Assembly: GCA_023231475.1 (NCBI GenBank)
Contig: JALJEE010000748.1
Location: forward strand, 1 to 64,000
DNA: 64,000 nt
Direction: 5' to 3'
From: Seison nebaliae
Lineage: Eukaryota
Part shown: positions 21,761-35,507 of the stretch, piece after piece
How positions within the stretch are numbered: position 1 is the stretch's first letter
How the letters are laid out: every line of letters starts with the position of its first letter
Program-made: the position numbers and the translations under genes
The notes under the pieces: generated by a model
Databases searched by the model: none
Seen by the model: the letters and a program-made list of their open reading frames with translations, nothing else
Told to the model about the DNA's origin: nothing

Positions 21761-24700
21761 TTATGAGAACAAGTGAACGACTTAGGATTTATAAGATTTG
21801 AATTAGAAATAATTTGTTTAGCATTTGTTGTAAAAAAGGAAATTGTTGAAAAAATGTTGAATGTAAAATGAATGAACCTTGTACACATTTCGGTCTTTCC
21901 TTCGGTTTCCATTCGCCATTAAGACAAGTTGCAGCACTCGTTCCGATTAAGCGGAAGCCTTTGTTACATCGATAAATTATTTGTCTGTCATGTTTCTCAT
22001 TCTTCACATTGTGATGATATTCGTATTCTCCGAAATGTCCCACTAGAAAAATAGTGCCGTTATGTAACGTTCCAGGATGTGTACAATAAACTGAAAAAAT
22101 TTAATAAAACTATAAAAATATTTGAATTAACTGGGTTCACATGTTGGTAGTCGTCCACTCCATGCTCCATTAACACATCGGACACGATTATTTCCTTTTA
22201 GTCGATAACCAGTGAGACAAGTGTAATAGAGAATACTGCCGTTATTTCGTTTACGGAAAACGGTTTGTGACGCTTTTACTACCGGCGGTTTTCGAGTACA
22301 TTTGGCTAAAGAAGATGAATAACATTTGAATAATAATTAACAGAAAATATGAACATGGTTTACAAATGACGTCTGGTCCCCATTTCCCATCTCTCATACA
22401 ACTGAGTGCATGTTCGATCTTTTCCTTATATTTATTTTGACATTGTAAATGAATCGTTTCTCCGATACTTGCCTTTTCTTCAACTAATTTCAATCGATTC
22501 TTCTCACTCAACATATTCACCAAATATTTCTGATGAACGTTCCCATTCATGAACATTCCATAACGAATGAAACTGAGTAATCCTGTCGAATTGGCACTTG
22601 TAATCAACGACGAGAATGAACAAACATCTTTCGAAGAATTAATAAAAGAAATTTTAAGAAGCAAATAACTTTGACAAATTGGTAAATTATTGTTATTAGA
22701 CCATGTTCCATTTTTTTGACAACGATACGTGAGAGTCAAAGTAGAAGTAGAATAATTGATAAATCTCGAATTGGCATTTTCACATCCGATGACGATCATT
22801 TCATTCTCACGAAATATATAGGACGGACCAATTCTGCCTTTGAGGCCACTTTGTATTCTAATGTGATTCCTGTTCAATAATTTCGTCGTGAAATCACATT
22901 GACGTTCTGAATACATAAATATTAGAGAATAATAAACGACAGATTGAAACTTGTACATCGGAACTTTTCATGATTTCCAACCCATCTTCCTATTCCATTA
23001 ACATCTCGACATTCTGCTTCACTTTCATAAATGTCGATAGAAGTCGATTCGAATTCTTTCTTACAATTTATAATAAGTCTCGTTCCAATTTTATAACCAT
23101 ATTCATTCTCGAAAAATCGTCTTCGTCGACGTCTTCTTCTCATTCGAATGAAACGATTGGGCCATTTACTTCCCTCATTCAATCTCTTCTTTCTTCTCAT
23201 GGGAAATGGACGAGAACGTCGATGAATCACTTTTCGACGACGGATTGCTGGTGAAGAATAACGAATGTATGAATTCGTCGGAATGTCTTTCAATTGTCCA
23301 CAAGTTATAACTTTAACAATTCATTCAAATTCAACATTGAATTATTCAAATAAAAACTTTTACAAATTAAAGGAGATTTATTCCATTTGCCCGTGGTAAG
23401 ACATGTTCGTTGGACATCGCCTCGTACACGATAATAATTCGATTTACATTTATATGTTATTATCGTTCCAAAATGTAATTGATCAACGGAACGATCATTC
23501 TCCATCTTTTTATCATTCTTCATTTTAATTTCCAACATCTCAACATTCTCAATTTCATCATCTTTCTTACAAGAAATGGCTGAAATGTTTAAAATATATA
23601 ACGTTAAAAAAATTTTTTTAAATTACTTTTAAAATTTCCAAAAAATAACGTCGACAATTCGTATTAGATATCCATTTTCCATTAAGGCCGCAAATCATTT
23701 GGAAGTTTCTCTTAGCACCTATCGTCTCATAACCACGATGACATTTGAATAAAATATTTTCTCTAATTAAAAAATTCGTTTTTTTCATTTCGGAGGATGG
23801 AAATGGTGAATTTGATGATTCCACAGGATTGGCATGTTCCAATTTCGGTAGTGTTCCTTTTTGACAATTGTCTTTCAAGTTCAAATTGTTCAGGTTAAAT
23901 TGAAGTGAATGAGAAGGAAAATGAAAAACCGGATTTTATACAAGTTGGTGTTGGGCCACTCCACCAACCATCACCTTCGCAATATCGGAGGATTTTTGTG
24001 ATTGGCATTTCTTCGTTTAATCGTCTCGTTATTGTCGAGGTATAATGTTGTGATGGTGGAATTGAGATATCGGTCATAATGAAACCTGGATGACATTCGT
24101 AGAGAATTTTGGAAAATAAAGAATGTTCTGTTGACGATCCCAAATAAATGATGGTTCCATTCAATATCGGTCTCGGTTTCTCACATCTCATTTCTATTTA
24201 TATGAGACAGATGATGATGATGATGATGATGATAAATTTGAATATTATTATGATAATAATTCTAACTAGTATTAACACAAGACATACCACAATCTCCATC
24301 ACACATACAACGTCGAACGGAACTGACACAATCCTTGTCAGATCGACAAACTTTCATACATGTTCGATATTCGGTGGCATGTGGTCGTCTAGCCAAACAG
24401 TTATGTTGGGACGAATGACTTTGACGATTTCGTTTTAGATATTTCCTTCGTTTCGAATTCCTCAAACGTCGTTTTCTTCTTTCGTCGTCGTACAATTTGA
24501 AAGGAGTGGGAAATGAAGAAACGTTATCTTTTTGTTCAGTTTCATTCAAATGAGGATGACGAGTTGGAAGTGATGGAACGAGATATTGTTTGTGGAAATT
24601 ACGAACATTCTGTTTCTGTTGACGATAAATGGAACGTTGTTTGGTGGAGGCTGGACTGCAAGAAGATTTCGTACAACGTTGTCGAAATAGCAAACCACCA

Positions 24701-24798
24701 GCACTGAGTGACAGAGGAAGAAATGATGATGCCGATCTCTCAATTGATAATTCCGTCAACAACAAAATAATTATGATGCGTATGATGAGATGGAGCAT
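21761..24798 (-). CDS. lev-9: Secreted WAP + 8 CCP/sushi protein, LEV-9-like, ~838 aa, 10 exons
   Basis: Hydrophobic N-terminus and WAP domain (CMKVCRSDKDC...CMCDGDCGMSCVN), followed by eight exons that each encode one C..C..W..C sushi module with phase-1 introns. The terminal module YCTHPGTLHNGTIFLVGHFGEYEY...CLNGEWKPKERPKC resembles the conserved LEV-9 C-terminal CCP. The last micro-exon (21780-21761) is uncertain. Confidence 0.8.
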
Positions 24799-27015
24799 TA
24801 TGTGCAACTGAAAAGATATGGGAGGAGATTCATTAGTAATCTTAATGGGAGAGAAAAGGATGGATAGAAGTTACTCGCTACAAAATGATGAGAGTCAAAG
24901 AGAACTATGACGATAAAAAAATGGGATGAAAGTGGAGGAGTATAAGAAATATGAGAAAGAAGAAACAATAGAAGAAGAAGAAGCAGATGAATAATAGATA
25001 AGTTAATTAGATGAAAACTCATTTATCCTCAACTAAATAATTAATGGAAATATGCTAAAAACTAATTCCATTAAAACGGATGAATTAATCATATTTATTA
25101 AATAATAATGTTATGAAAAGAAAGAATGTATAAGTCCTCCAATCCTCTTCCCACTTATCTTGACCATTATATTGGTTTTCCTTCATCGTCACCATCATTT
25201 CCTATTCTATCGATAGTTCGATAAATAATTCTCGTCCATTCTCCTCTACTCTCTCACATCATTATTATGACTGACTTTTAACGATTTCCGTGCATAACTT
25301 ACAATTTGGAATTATTTCATTGTAATAATATTGTTATCTACTCGTCCATAAATCAGTTTTTATGACATTGTATCCTCAATGACCGTTTCTACTAAAAAAA
25401 ACGATGAGATCAAACAAATATTTTATCATTTAATCTTACTAGTAATCATGTAGTGAGAAGTAATCAATCAATAACATAATCAATTCATCAATAACTAACT
25501 CTCGAGTCAAATAATGAAGGATATGAATTGGGTTGAAGCAAATTTTCAAAGATTGTTCCACAATTATCATATTGTTAAAGGATGAGAAAAGAAAAAAGAA
25601 ATATTGGGAATATTTGGTGAGATAGTATTGCATGTTTTCTTAGCCACTTTTTAATGGTGAACATTTGTGCGATTGGGAGACGGAATGAAGATGAGATAGA
25701 TGTGAGGCAATTTGAGAGATGGAGAGTGGGATAGGTAGATCTGTAAGTAGATGAATGAGAAGTTGTCTCTCGAACAAGTCCCACTCGACACATCGTCGAC
25801 CCTATTGTTCCATACACATCAATATAATAGTGAGTAATAGAAATCGATGGATGTAATCATGATAAATATAAATAAATGTTAGCACATGAGAATAATTTAT
25901 AAATACAATATATTCATATTTCGTTTAGGGTGTGCATTCTTACCTATCTGATTAGCTACCGATGAACAGACGAGAATCGAATAATGAAAAAAAAAAGAAG
26001 AAACGGAAAACTATTCATTTGGAAGACGACAACGATGAATATAGCGAGAAGGAAGAACAAGCAAAGAAAGTTCTACTTGTAGGAGAATGTTTAAGAATAA
26101 TATATTTCTTCATCGTCATCTTATTCCATTCGATTGGTGATGTAATTATTCATCAGGAATTTAGTCGAAATAAACGAGAAATAAACAAGTTATTTATTGA
26201 GCTCAATCAAATAATTTCGGAATATTTTAACTTCTAATCTTATTCTTAACCACAAACAATTATCAAAGAATTCTCATTAGAACTTCATAACTTATAATCA
26301 ACTTTTTTCTTTATAATTAATTCCACTCCACAAATACTCCAGAACGAACAAGTAAATTCCAAATAAATTTCAGATGAGAAATTAGTTTATTGTTCGAACA
26401 TATTTTCTTCCCCTAAACTTCTTCCCCTACTTCCAAATCGATCGTAAATCTTATTGGAAAATCAACGATTCAATTTACCAGAAAAAGTTCAATGACATTT
26501 TCCATCTAACTTCGCACAATTGATCTCAATTAATTTAATGGAAAATTTAGTCTCGTGAACTGATTCGATGTATTCGAAATTTTAAGATGAGAAAAAATAT
26601 TATTTTTAAAATTTCATCAGTATATTATTTATTTCCTTTTAAATTAACTTTACTAACAAGAAAAATGGTAAGAAAAATTGTAAAATTTTTCATTGAAAAT
26701 TTTAATTAAAATAAAAATTAAACTGAAAAATTGTTGTGAAGGAAAAATTTGTTTGGCATCAACAATTTGAATGTCAACAAATTGGAAAGAATTCATTGGT
26801 AAATGTGAAAAAGATGATACTAGTCCCTCTCGACAATGACAGTTGAACGGACGACATGTAAAAAATAAGATTAATTCGAAGAACGGAAAGAGATATTTCT
26901 ACCGGAAATCCTCAATTGTTTATCCATTGGAAACTCTTCCATTCATTTCTATCATAAACAATATTCCGTTTATAAATTTTATTGTGAGCAAAGAAAATTT
27001 AGGAAGTTGAAATAA

Positions 27016-28281
27016 ATGATAAACGAAGATACGATTACAGAAACGATGAGTGTCGAAGATTGGAAAGTCATCCCACTCGACGAAAACGAGAAAACACTTG
27101 ACGAATTGGTACCTATAGAAAAGGAAAAGAAACTGATCGAACAACTTGAAATCGATTCGAAGACAATTGAAGAAGAAATTGTAAAGGAGAATTCTGATGC
27201 TCCAGAAATTGTGTCAAAAACAAGAGAAGATCCAGAAATTGAATCTAAGACAATTGCAGATCCAGAAATCGTAGAGGAGAAATCTGTGTCAAAGGAAATT
27301 GAAGATGAGAAAGTTGAACTAAAGGAAAATGAGCTGAAAATGGAAACTGATAAAAAAGAAGATTTGAAAATCGATTCGGAGAAAAAGGAAAATCTGGAAA
27401 CGGAAACGGAGAAAAAAGAAGAACTGGAAATCGATTTGACAAAAGAAGAAAATTTGGAAATCGATTTGATAAAAGAAGAAAATTTGGAAATCGATTTGAT
27501 AAAAGAAGAAAATTTGGAAATCGATTTGATAAAAGAAGAAAATTTGAAAATCGATTTGATAAAAGAAGAAAATTTGACAATTAATCCGAAGAGAGTTGAA
27601 GAGTCGAAAGAAGTAAGTGAACTTAAAAGGGAAGGAGTAATGGAAACGGATACCAATTTCAAATGGAAGGAACGAAATGGTAATATGGACAAATATGTTT
27701 GTGGAAAGACGCGCCATCATTTATCAAGTAATTTGAAACAATTGATCAAACATGGTTTATGGAAACCTGAAGAAGAGACGATGATGTTACATCCAGAGAT
27801 TAGGAAATTATGCAACAATCGAAATAAGCAAGAAAATAAGAAGAATCATTCTGTTCATAGTCCCACTCGTTTCATACCAGGAACGAAGGAAATTGAACGT
27901 ACCGAATATGGTAAAGTTCAATACGAGCGATCGAAAGTGAAGCAAGCACCAATAAAAAAACGACGGAATGAGAAGAGAAAAAATCGAAATCACAGAAAAG
28001 TGGAAGGAGTGTCACATGAATTGGACAATAATATTAAGGGGCAGACAATTCATTCCCAAATGCACCAGCGCCAAACTGTGAAGAATTTAACGAAAGAAGA
28101 AATTAGAAAGGAAACAAATGTTGGCGAAGAGAAATGGTGGCATGATGACCCATTGAGCAAGAATACGAAACGACCCATCGGTGATGTATTGTTACGACTT
28201 AAATTGAGAGAATTATTTATAACGGACACAATAGAAACTAATTCTCTTCAACATACTTTGAATGCAATGAAGAACAAGTAA
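27016..28281 (+). CDS. Intronless orphan protein, 421 aa, with acidic Glu/Lys-rich repeats and a basic C-terminal half
   Basis: Long ORF with codon usage like the neighbouring genes. ATG is directly preceded by an in-frame TAA. No recognisable domain. Confidence 0.6.
   Translation: MINEDTITETMSVEDWKVIPLDENEKTLDELVPIEKEKKLIEQLEIDSKTIEEEIVKENSDAPEIVSKTREDPEIESKTIADPEIVEEKSVSKEIEDEKVELKENELKMETDKKEDLKIDSEKKENLETETEKKEELEIDLTKEENLEIDLIKEENLEIDLIKEENLEIDLIKEENLKIDLIKEENLTINPKRVEESKEVSELKREGVMETDTNFKWKERNGNMDKYVCGKTRHHLSSNLKQLIKHGLWKPEEETMMLHPEIRKLCNNRNKQENKKNHSVHSPTRFIPGTKEIERTEYGKVQYERSKVKQAPIKKRRNEKRKNRNHRKVEGVSHELDNNIKGQTIHSQMHQRQTVKNLTKEEIRKETNVGEEKWWHDDPLSKNTKRPIGDVLLRLKLRELFITDTIETNSLQHTLNAMKNK
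27385..27578 (+). repeat. Coding 30-nt tandem repeat (EENLEIDLIK)
   Basis: aaagaagaaaatttggaaatcgatttgata occurs three times exactly, plus degenerate flanking copies. Confidence 0.95.
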
Positions 28282-29329
28282 TTAATTTTGATTTATCAAT
28301 TTATTTTAATTAATTTTAACTCAAATCTAATATTTATTAAATTTCTTTCTGTATCTGCTAATTTCCCAATAAATTTATTCCAATAACTTTTAATTAAAAA
28401 ATAAGTTTTCATTTGTGGAAATTGTTTAAGTGATTAATTCCATTTGAAATATGAGAAGTCTCCTGTTGACCAATTGTCTCCCAATCAGTATAGTTTAGGC
28501 TTAATGACATTCCCCGTCCATATCTGGAGAAACGTGCGAAAGAATATTCCAGAAAAGAGGTGTGCCCACAATCATTAATGAGAACTAGATGAATCTCTAT
28601 GATTTAGATAAGAGGAGGAGATAATTCAAGAATCATATGACTGACAAAAAGAATTTGAGCGAATGGGAAAACATATGGTTATCTAATAATGCTTCAATGA
28701 TTCATTTGACATTTAAAAATTTTCAAAGTTTTAGCTTATGTTGAACATTTCTGTTTTAATTTTCCTCTCAAATCAAACGAGAAGCCTAAGTGCCATTACT
28801 TCTAAGAGTTCATGTATAAAAGATATTGAATGAGTCTCATTCTAATCATTTTTCATAGACAATTTTTTTTATTCTATTTTACAAATATTTTTTTCATTCT
28901 CATTCCTTTTTTTTAAATACACGCGCATACATCCTATTATCTTTTCATTATATCTTTCTCCTTGTATCTTCCACACTCCATTCACTTTCTTCTCCACACT
29001 CACATTTCCCAGATTACACATTTCATTTATTGACCTTTACTCAAATTATTCACATGTCTAATTTTCCCGAAATTTCTTTTTTCAAAATTTATTTTTTTGA
29101 AATTTTTTTTTAAAAATTAACTTTTTCCAAAATTTATTTTTTCTTATTTTTTTTTTGTTTTCGTCTCAATAATTTTTCTACATTTCTAATTCTATCGATT
29201 TATATCAATTTGGTTTGCACAGATAATTATTTAGATCAAAACAAAATTTTCTTAAATTTTTGTCCCAAACAAAAAGAAATCAAATCATCCGACCCTCTGG
29301 TATATCGTATAGTTTAGATGAAGTGAATT

Positions 29330-32300
29330 ATGCGGGTTCACCGGAGGGATTCAAAAAAGACGATCTACAGCAAAAGCTGTGCGGACACATGTCAAGTGAT
29401 TCGTGATGTGATCGACTTTATCAATAAGAAGAATTATGACGAACTGTTGCCATTCATGCGAAATGGGAAAGTGTTCGAGAAACAAGGTAGAATGGATGGA
29501 GAGTTGACGGTGGAATTCCTCAATTGTTTCGATGGTTTATTGGAGGAGTTCTCTTTGATATCGGAAGAGAATGAATGGCGATTATTGATCGATAATAATG
29601 CTGATCAGAGATTATTATTGAAAATTTTAATGAGATATATTATCGGTTTGATGGAAATGAATCGATTCGAAGGATTATTCAATTCATTTGAACATCTCCT
29701 GACATTGATGGTGAGTGAAGATGCTGAATTAATTTTGAGTATTATAAATCTCATTTATCAATTCGTTTCAAATTTCCATTCATTATCAAATGAAATGCGA
29801 ACGAGATTACATCGACAACTTCAATATTTCGCCATGAGTTGGGGCGACAAATTCAGTGGATTCTCATTGGCCACATGTATTTTTGAGAAAGATATAACAA
29901 AATTATTTGTTGGATTATCCACTTTACATTTCAGTTATCTGATTGATCCGGAAGGAAAAGAAAGGACGAATGACAAACAAATGAAAAGTTTCCGAATAGA
30001 TTCGTTACATCAAATTGATTGTACGATAAGTGAATTGATGCAATGTCTCGTCTATAAATATAGCATTCCTGAACGATATCATATGCATTTATTGCACAAG
30101 ATCCGTTTAGTGAAATATTTCCATGAATATGAAGAGAGATTACATCTCATCAAAATTCGTTTAATGGCGAGATGTGTCTTCTCTCATGTCATCATTCAAT
30201 TCTTGCAAAAATCATCGAAATCTTATTCGAATATCGGTAACAAAATGAACATTAAAACATTCATCGAAGAAATGGTCCAAGTTCTCCATCTCAGTCATAA
30301 ACGGATCGATATGATCGAAATTCAAACGATCATTTTACGGACAATCGGCTCGTTAACTTGTCTCATTTTCTATCTACCAAATGGAGCTAATACGAAAGTT
30401 TTATTCGAACATTTATTGGATTTGTTGGAAATCGAACAATTTCATGGTTTGTTAGGAACGATCGTTCGACAATATGTATCAGCATTAATTTCTGGTGAAT
30501 ATCGTGGTTTATATACGAATGAATTCGGTGATGCTTTATTCACTTTATTGGGATATGTTTATTTTTATGTTCCCGCATTTCTCAAATTGAATAATAACGA
30601 AATTATCTCAACATTATTACGTCTCGTCAATTTATATGATCAACGGAATGATCTTCTTCGATTTGTGAGTCGAGCAACTCATGTTCTCATCGTTATTACA
30701 ATGACAGATATGGAAACATTTCAATTCCATAATGGATTCGAAGCATTCGTTAATCGATTTGTACATGAAATTAATATTTGTCGAGAAGAACAACCGTTTA
30801 TGATTCCAGAGAAGAATGACGATGTCAAATACAAGAAATATATTGAGAAGAGTACAAAATATTTTTTCAAATCCACATCGAGTGTTCCTTTGAAGGAACC
30901 GCTGATGATTACGGGAGAACAATTAATCAACATCATCCTATTGACAACGTCGAGAGACGAGACTGATACGATTTATACGAAATTGCTCAATAATTGGAAA
31001 TTGGCCATGATTCACATGTCGAAAGTGACGGATATTTGTAACGTTCATGGAAAGATTAATGAAAATTTGAAATTGAAATTTCGTATCGTCTCCACCAACA
31101 ACAAACAAATGGAAACGATTCCCATGATTCCAAAACGAGAAACGTCGGATACCGATCAACAACCAGGAAAGAGAAGTCGTTTGGAATTATTAGACGATAT
31201 TCAAAAAAGAACGACAACTATCGATTTCGTTCCAATCACTAATAACAATAATAATAATGATTATTTGAGAATAATGGAAGGTGAAGATTTTGGTGGTGAA
31301 ATGATAAATTCACCGAAACTTCCATTTTATGAACAATTGAAAAATTTAAGAAATTTACATCGAACACTTTATAATAATACGAAATCATTAGATCGATATA
31401 AATTCTTACATTATGATGAGAGTGATTATACTGTTCTCTTATCACCACAAGATATTTATGATAATGAAATTAATGGAGAATATAATGTTTGTGATGAAGA
31501 GCGTTGTCTGTTATTGAGAACGATTGTAAATTTCATTTCGATTAATATGAAAAAACGAATGTTGGAAGAAACAATTCCCCGATTATTCGACGGTTGTTTC
31601 GCAAATTCACTTCGTCACATTATCAGCAATGCCATTTATTATGGTCCCTTACTTTTCTCGTTATGTGTTCGACTCATTCCAACATTCATCCAACGTAATC
31701 CCACATATATCTCCGCATTGCAAGAGAACAGTTTAGTTCATACTGTTTTGGCCGCTATTTTTTTCAAACGATTTCCAATACGTCGAGATATTCTCTTATC
31801 GATTCCGTTGATGTTGAAAATATTTTCATATAATCAAAATGGTTTAGATACGATATTGGCGGTGAAACCATTCTTGAGAATTTTCAATATATTCTTCTCG
31901 AAAGGATGTCTGAGACAAATGAATCGAAATCATCGAAAATCTTTCGTTCATTCATTAAATATGCTATTTCATCATATCACACAAGAAATGAAAGAAGATC
32001 ATCGATATATGAATGGATCCGATGATTTGGCACATGGTGTCATTACGATGTTACAATATTTTATTGTGTTAGGAACGTCCAGTGATCACATGAATGATTA
32101 TAGCGATTTAATACCTGCAAATATTTCCGGTACGACGGTTTCCATCGATCAAGATGTTTCAATGAAAACTGATAATGGAATGACAGAAATGGAAAAGGAA
32201 CCCATTCGAGTGCCATATATGAAGATAATGGAAATGATGATTTCATTCATTTCTAATTATTTGAAAAAATCGAGAAATCTTAATTTATTTTTCCATTATG

Positions 32301-35300
32301 GTGGAACATTTTATTTATGGCGATTATATTTCCTCACTAATACACCCACTAATATGTCATTCACTCCAATCTCATCTCAAATCATTAATTTAATCATTAC
32401 CGTCACCAACAGTTATAGTTCTTATAATGATTATTGGAAATATTATTCACAATGGTATCTCCTCTCACGATTATCATTAATCGATTCACTCATTTATCCA
32501 TGGCCACAATTAGAACGATCAATTCTTTATGTTATAAATGAAAAAAAATTATTTTCAAATGATCAAATACAAGAAGCTTTTCATTATTGTCTTGCCAATT
32601 GGTCTTTATCCTCCACCGTTCACTCACTCAAATTCCGTTCGTTTGTACTCGATGTTTGGATGTGTGAATTGTTCAGTTGTGGAATGACACAAACAATGGA
32701 GATGACGAGAAGTATGTCGAAATTTCGAACGGATTGTACGATACTTTCCAATTTTATAACTGCCAATTTATATCTGGAGAAATTCCATCGAAATTCGATG
32801 ATTAACGAAGAGGAGGGAATGCTCAAACAAATCCATCAACTAATTTATGAACATCTTAACAATTTATATCGTGACATTATTCGGAAGACGGTACGATACA
32901 TCCACAAACTATTTCATATGGAGAATAGTTTCAGAGTAGGAATTCATTATCAGGAATTGAGAATTTCAGAAAGAATTCCAATTCGAACAATTCGACAAAA
33001 TCTTCATCAAATTCATGGGAAAAATGGAGAGAGAGTACCAGGAAGATGTGAATTGGATTTGAAATCAATTCAAACTTTACGAATTAATTATATTTTGGGA
33101 ACATGTCTCCAATCATTATTTTCGATTGTGGATAAAGAACCGTTATTGAGAAATCATGTCGAATATAAAATAATTTGTGGAATTTATAATGTGAAAGTAA
33201 TTTCCACTTTAATTCTTGATGATCGTCCAGATGTTATTTCATCAGCCGTTTATGTTCTCCATCAATTCCAAATTATCGAGACATTATTAGAATATTATAA
33301 GAATTGTGTGAAATTGTTTAGTGAAACGATTGTCGATCCAACTTTTGCTATACCAGAAATTCAACGGAAAAAAGTTCAAAATGAATTTGATCAATTTACG
33401 GAAGCTGTGATGGATTTACTTATACTCCTTTATGATTCTCCTAAAAATGGAATGAAACGAGATCAATATCATTGGTGTCGACATGATGCGAGTGATGATC
33501 CCATTTATCATATGTTATATAAACCAATACGAACAAAATCACGAAATGATAATCATTTACATTTTTGGGAAGTGGCTGATATGAATAGAGTTCCCATCGA
33601 TCATTTAAGAGGAAGAAAACGACGAATAGATAGTGACGATTCAAACCGTTTTAACGATCTTCAATTGAATGAAGAATATCCGAATCATCAATCCGTTCTC
33701 TCATTGAAAGGATTCCGTTCGACGAAAGACGATTTAATCATCGCTGATATGGGAATCAAAGAGAATCGTGAACAATTCGATCAAACAGAAAATTATGATA
33801 ATTTATTTATGATTTCTTTCGATTATGTCCATCAATTTCTTATTCCATTAAATGAGTCGGTAGAATCGTTTATGGAATTATTGAATAATATCGTTCTGGA
33901 AAAGAATTTGTGTAAATCTGAATGTTATTCGATTGAGAAGATGATGAAATTATTCCATAAGTTGGTGGAAGTGAAGGGGAGATTGAAGAATTACAAATGT
34001 CTTCGACATAGTTCACCTAATGAGAAAGTAATGTTACCATGGATTATACCGTTGAAACGTATGACAATAAAAACAGCATTGTCACCAGTTTTTTTAACAT
34101 TGAAATTATTCGGATTATCTGACGAATTCATTCGAGATTTGTTCGATGCGAAAAAATTAAATAAACCAAAAAATTATTTTAAAGATGTTCAATTATTATA
34201 TGCTAATGAATCGGATTTTGTGACACATATGCTCTTCACAATTCTCGTTGAATTATTCGATACGGACGAGACGATAACGAGTGATTGTATTTTATTTATT
34301 ACTCAATATTTTTCATTGGAACGACTCATTGGTATGTTCCATACATTCAAATCATCATTAAATGAAATTTATAAAGTGTCAATTAATTACGAGAAATTAT
34401 TGGACGAATGGAAATTGAAATATCGAAGGAAAATGGATTATATTAAAGATGGTCATCGATTGATGGTGGATTCGATGGAGAGATTGAGAAGATATAATGC
34501 TGTCGTTACAGTCAATAATAAAGGTGATGAAGATTCTTATAATTTAGCAAATGTTCAAAATGAACGAATGGAAAATTCGATGTATGAGAATTATGAAGAA
34601 TCATCAATATTAGCTGAATGTTATCGATTCGCTGTGAAGTATTTGATGTCATATATCAAAATGGAAGGAATTGATCAATTCCTTCTTGATACTTGTACGA
34701 AAGATATGTTCAAACCATCCAATCTTGTCGAAGCTTATTTCCCATTAGGAATAATGACGAATTCGGTAGATGTTTATCTTTATTCATCATCCGTTTACAA
34801 AACGGCATTTCGAGATCCAAAATCTTATATGAGAGGACAAGAACGAACTCATGTTGTGGATTTTTATTCGATAAATTTCAATTATCATTTGGAATGTAAA
34901 CAAGACGTGAGAATGTTCGAATGTCTCACGAAGAATCACATCAATAAAACGACAATGTCAACGACGATGATGAGGAGACCATCCAATTTATTCAGAAATA
35001 CAAACGATTCGAAAGAAATGCACGAAAGAGCGATAAAAAAACGAGGAATAAAACGGAAAATGGATCGAGTTCTTTCGTTGAGAATGCTCGTTGAACCCAT
35101 CATCCATTTCACGATTAGATGTCTCAAGAAAGTGCCGTTATTAGTGGGACGATCGTTCGATTTAATCGGCTCATCATTTTTCTTATTCGATCATTGGAAG
35201 ATTTTAGGTATGAAAGTTCTTTCATTGAGATTATTAATCGAAAATATGATGAGAACAATGACAAGTTATACTTATCAAATCACTCGAGATAATAAAGAAT

Positions 35301-35474
35301 TGGAACATTATCTCTATTCTCAATTTCATCTTTTCTCATTGTTGATGGAAGAAGAACCGGCTCGTGCGATTTGTGTCATCGCTAAAAGTCGATTCTTTCA
35401 TCTCCTCAAAAATTTAGTTCAAATTTATTTCATTCAGGTCGATTTTAATGATACAACAGTTGATCAGGAAATAA

Positions 35475-35507
<33 letters not shown>

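Noticed and set aside
26979..27720. Antisense repeat ORFs (237, 133 and 111 aa), and similarly 4953-5795 and 5260-5679
   Set aside because: Shadows of stop-poor coding tandem repeats.
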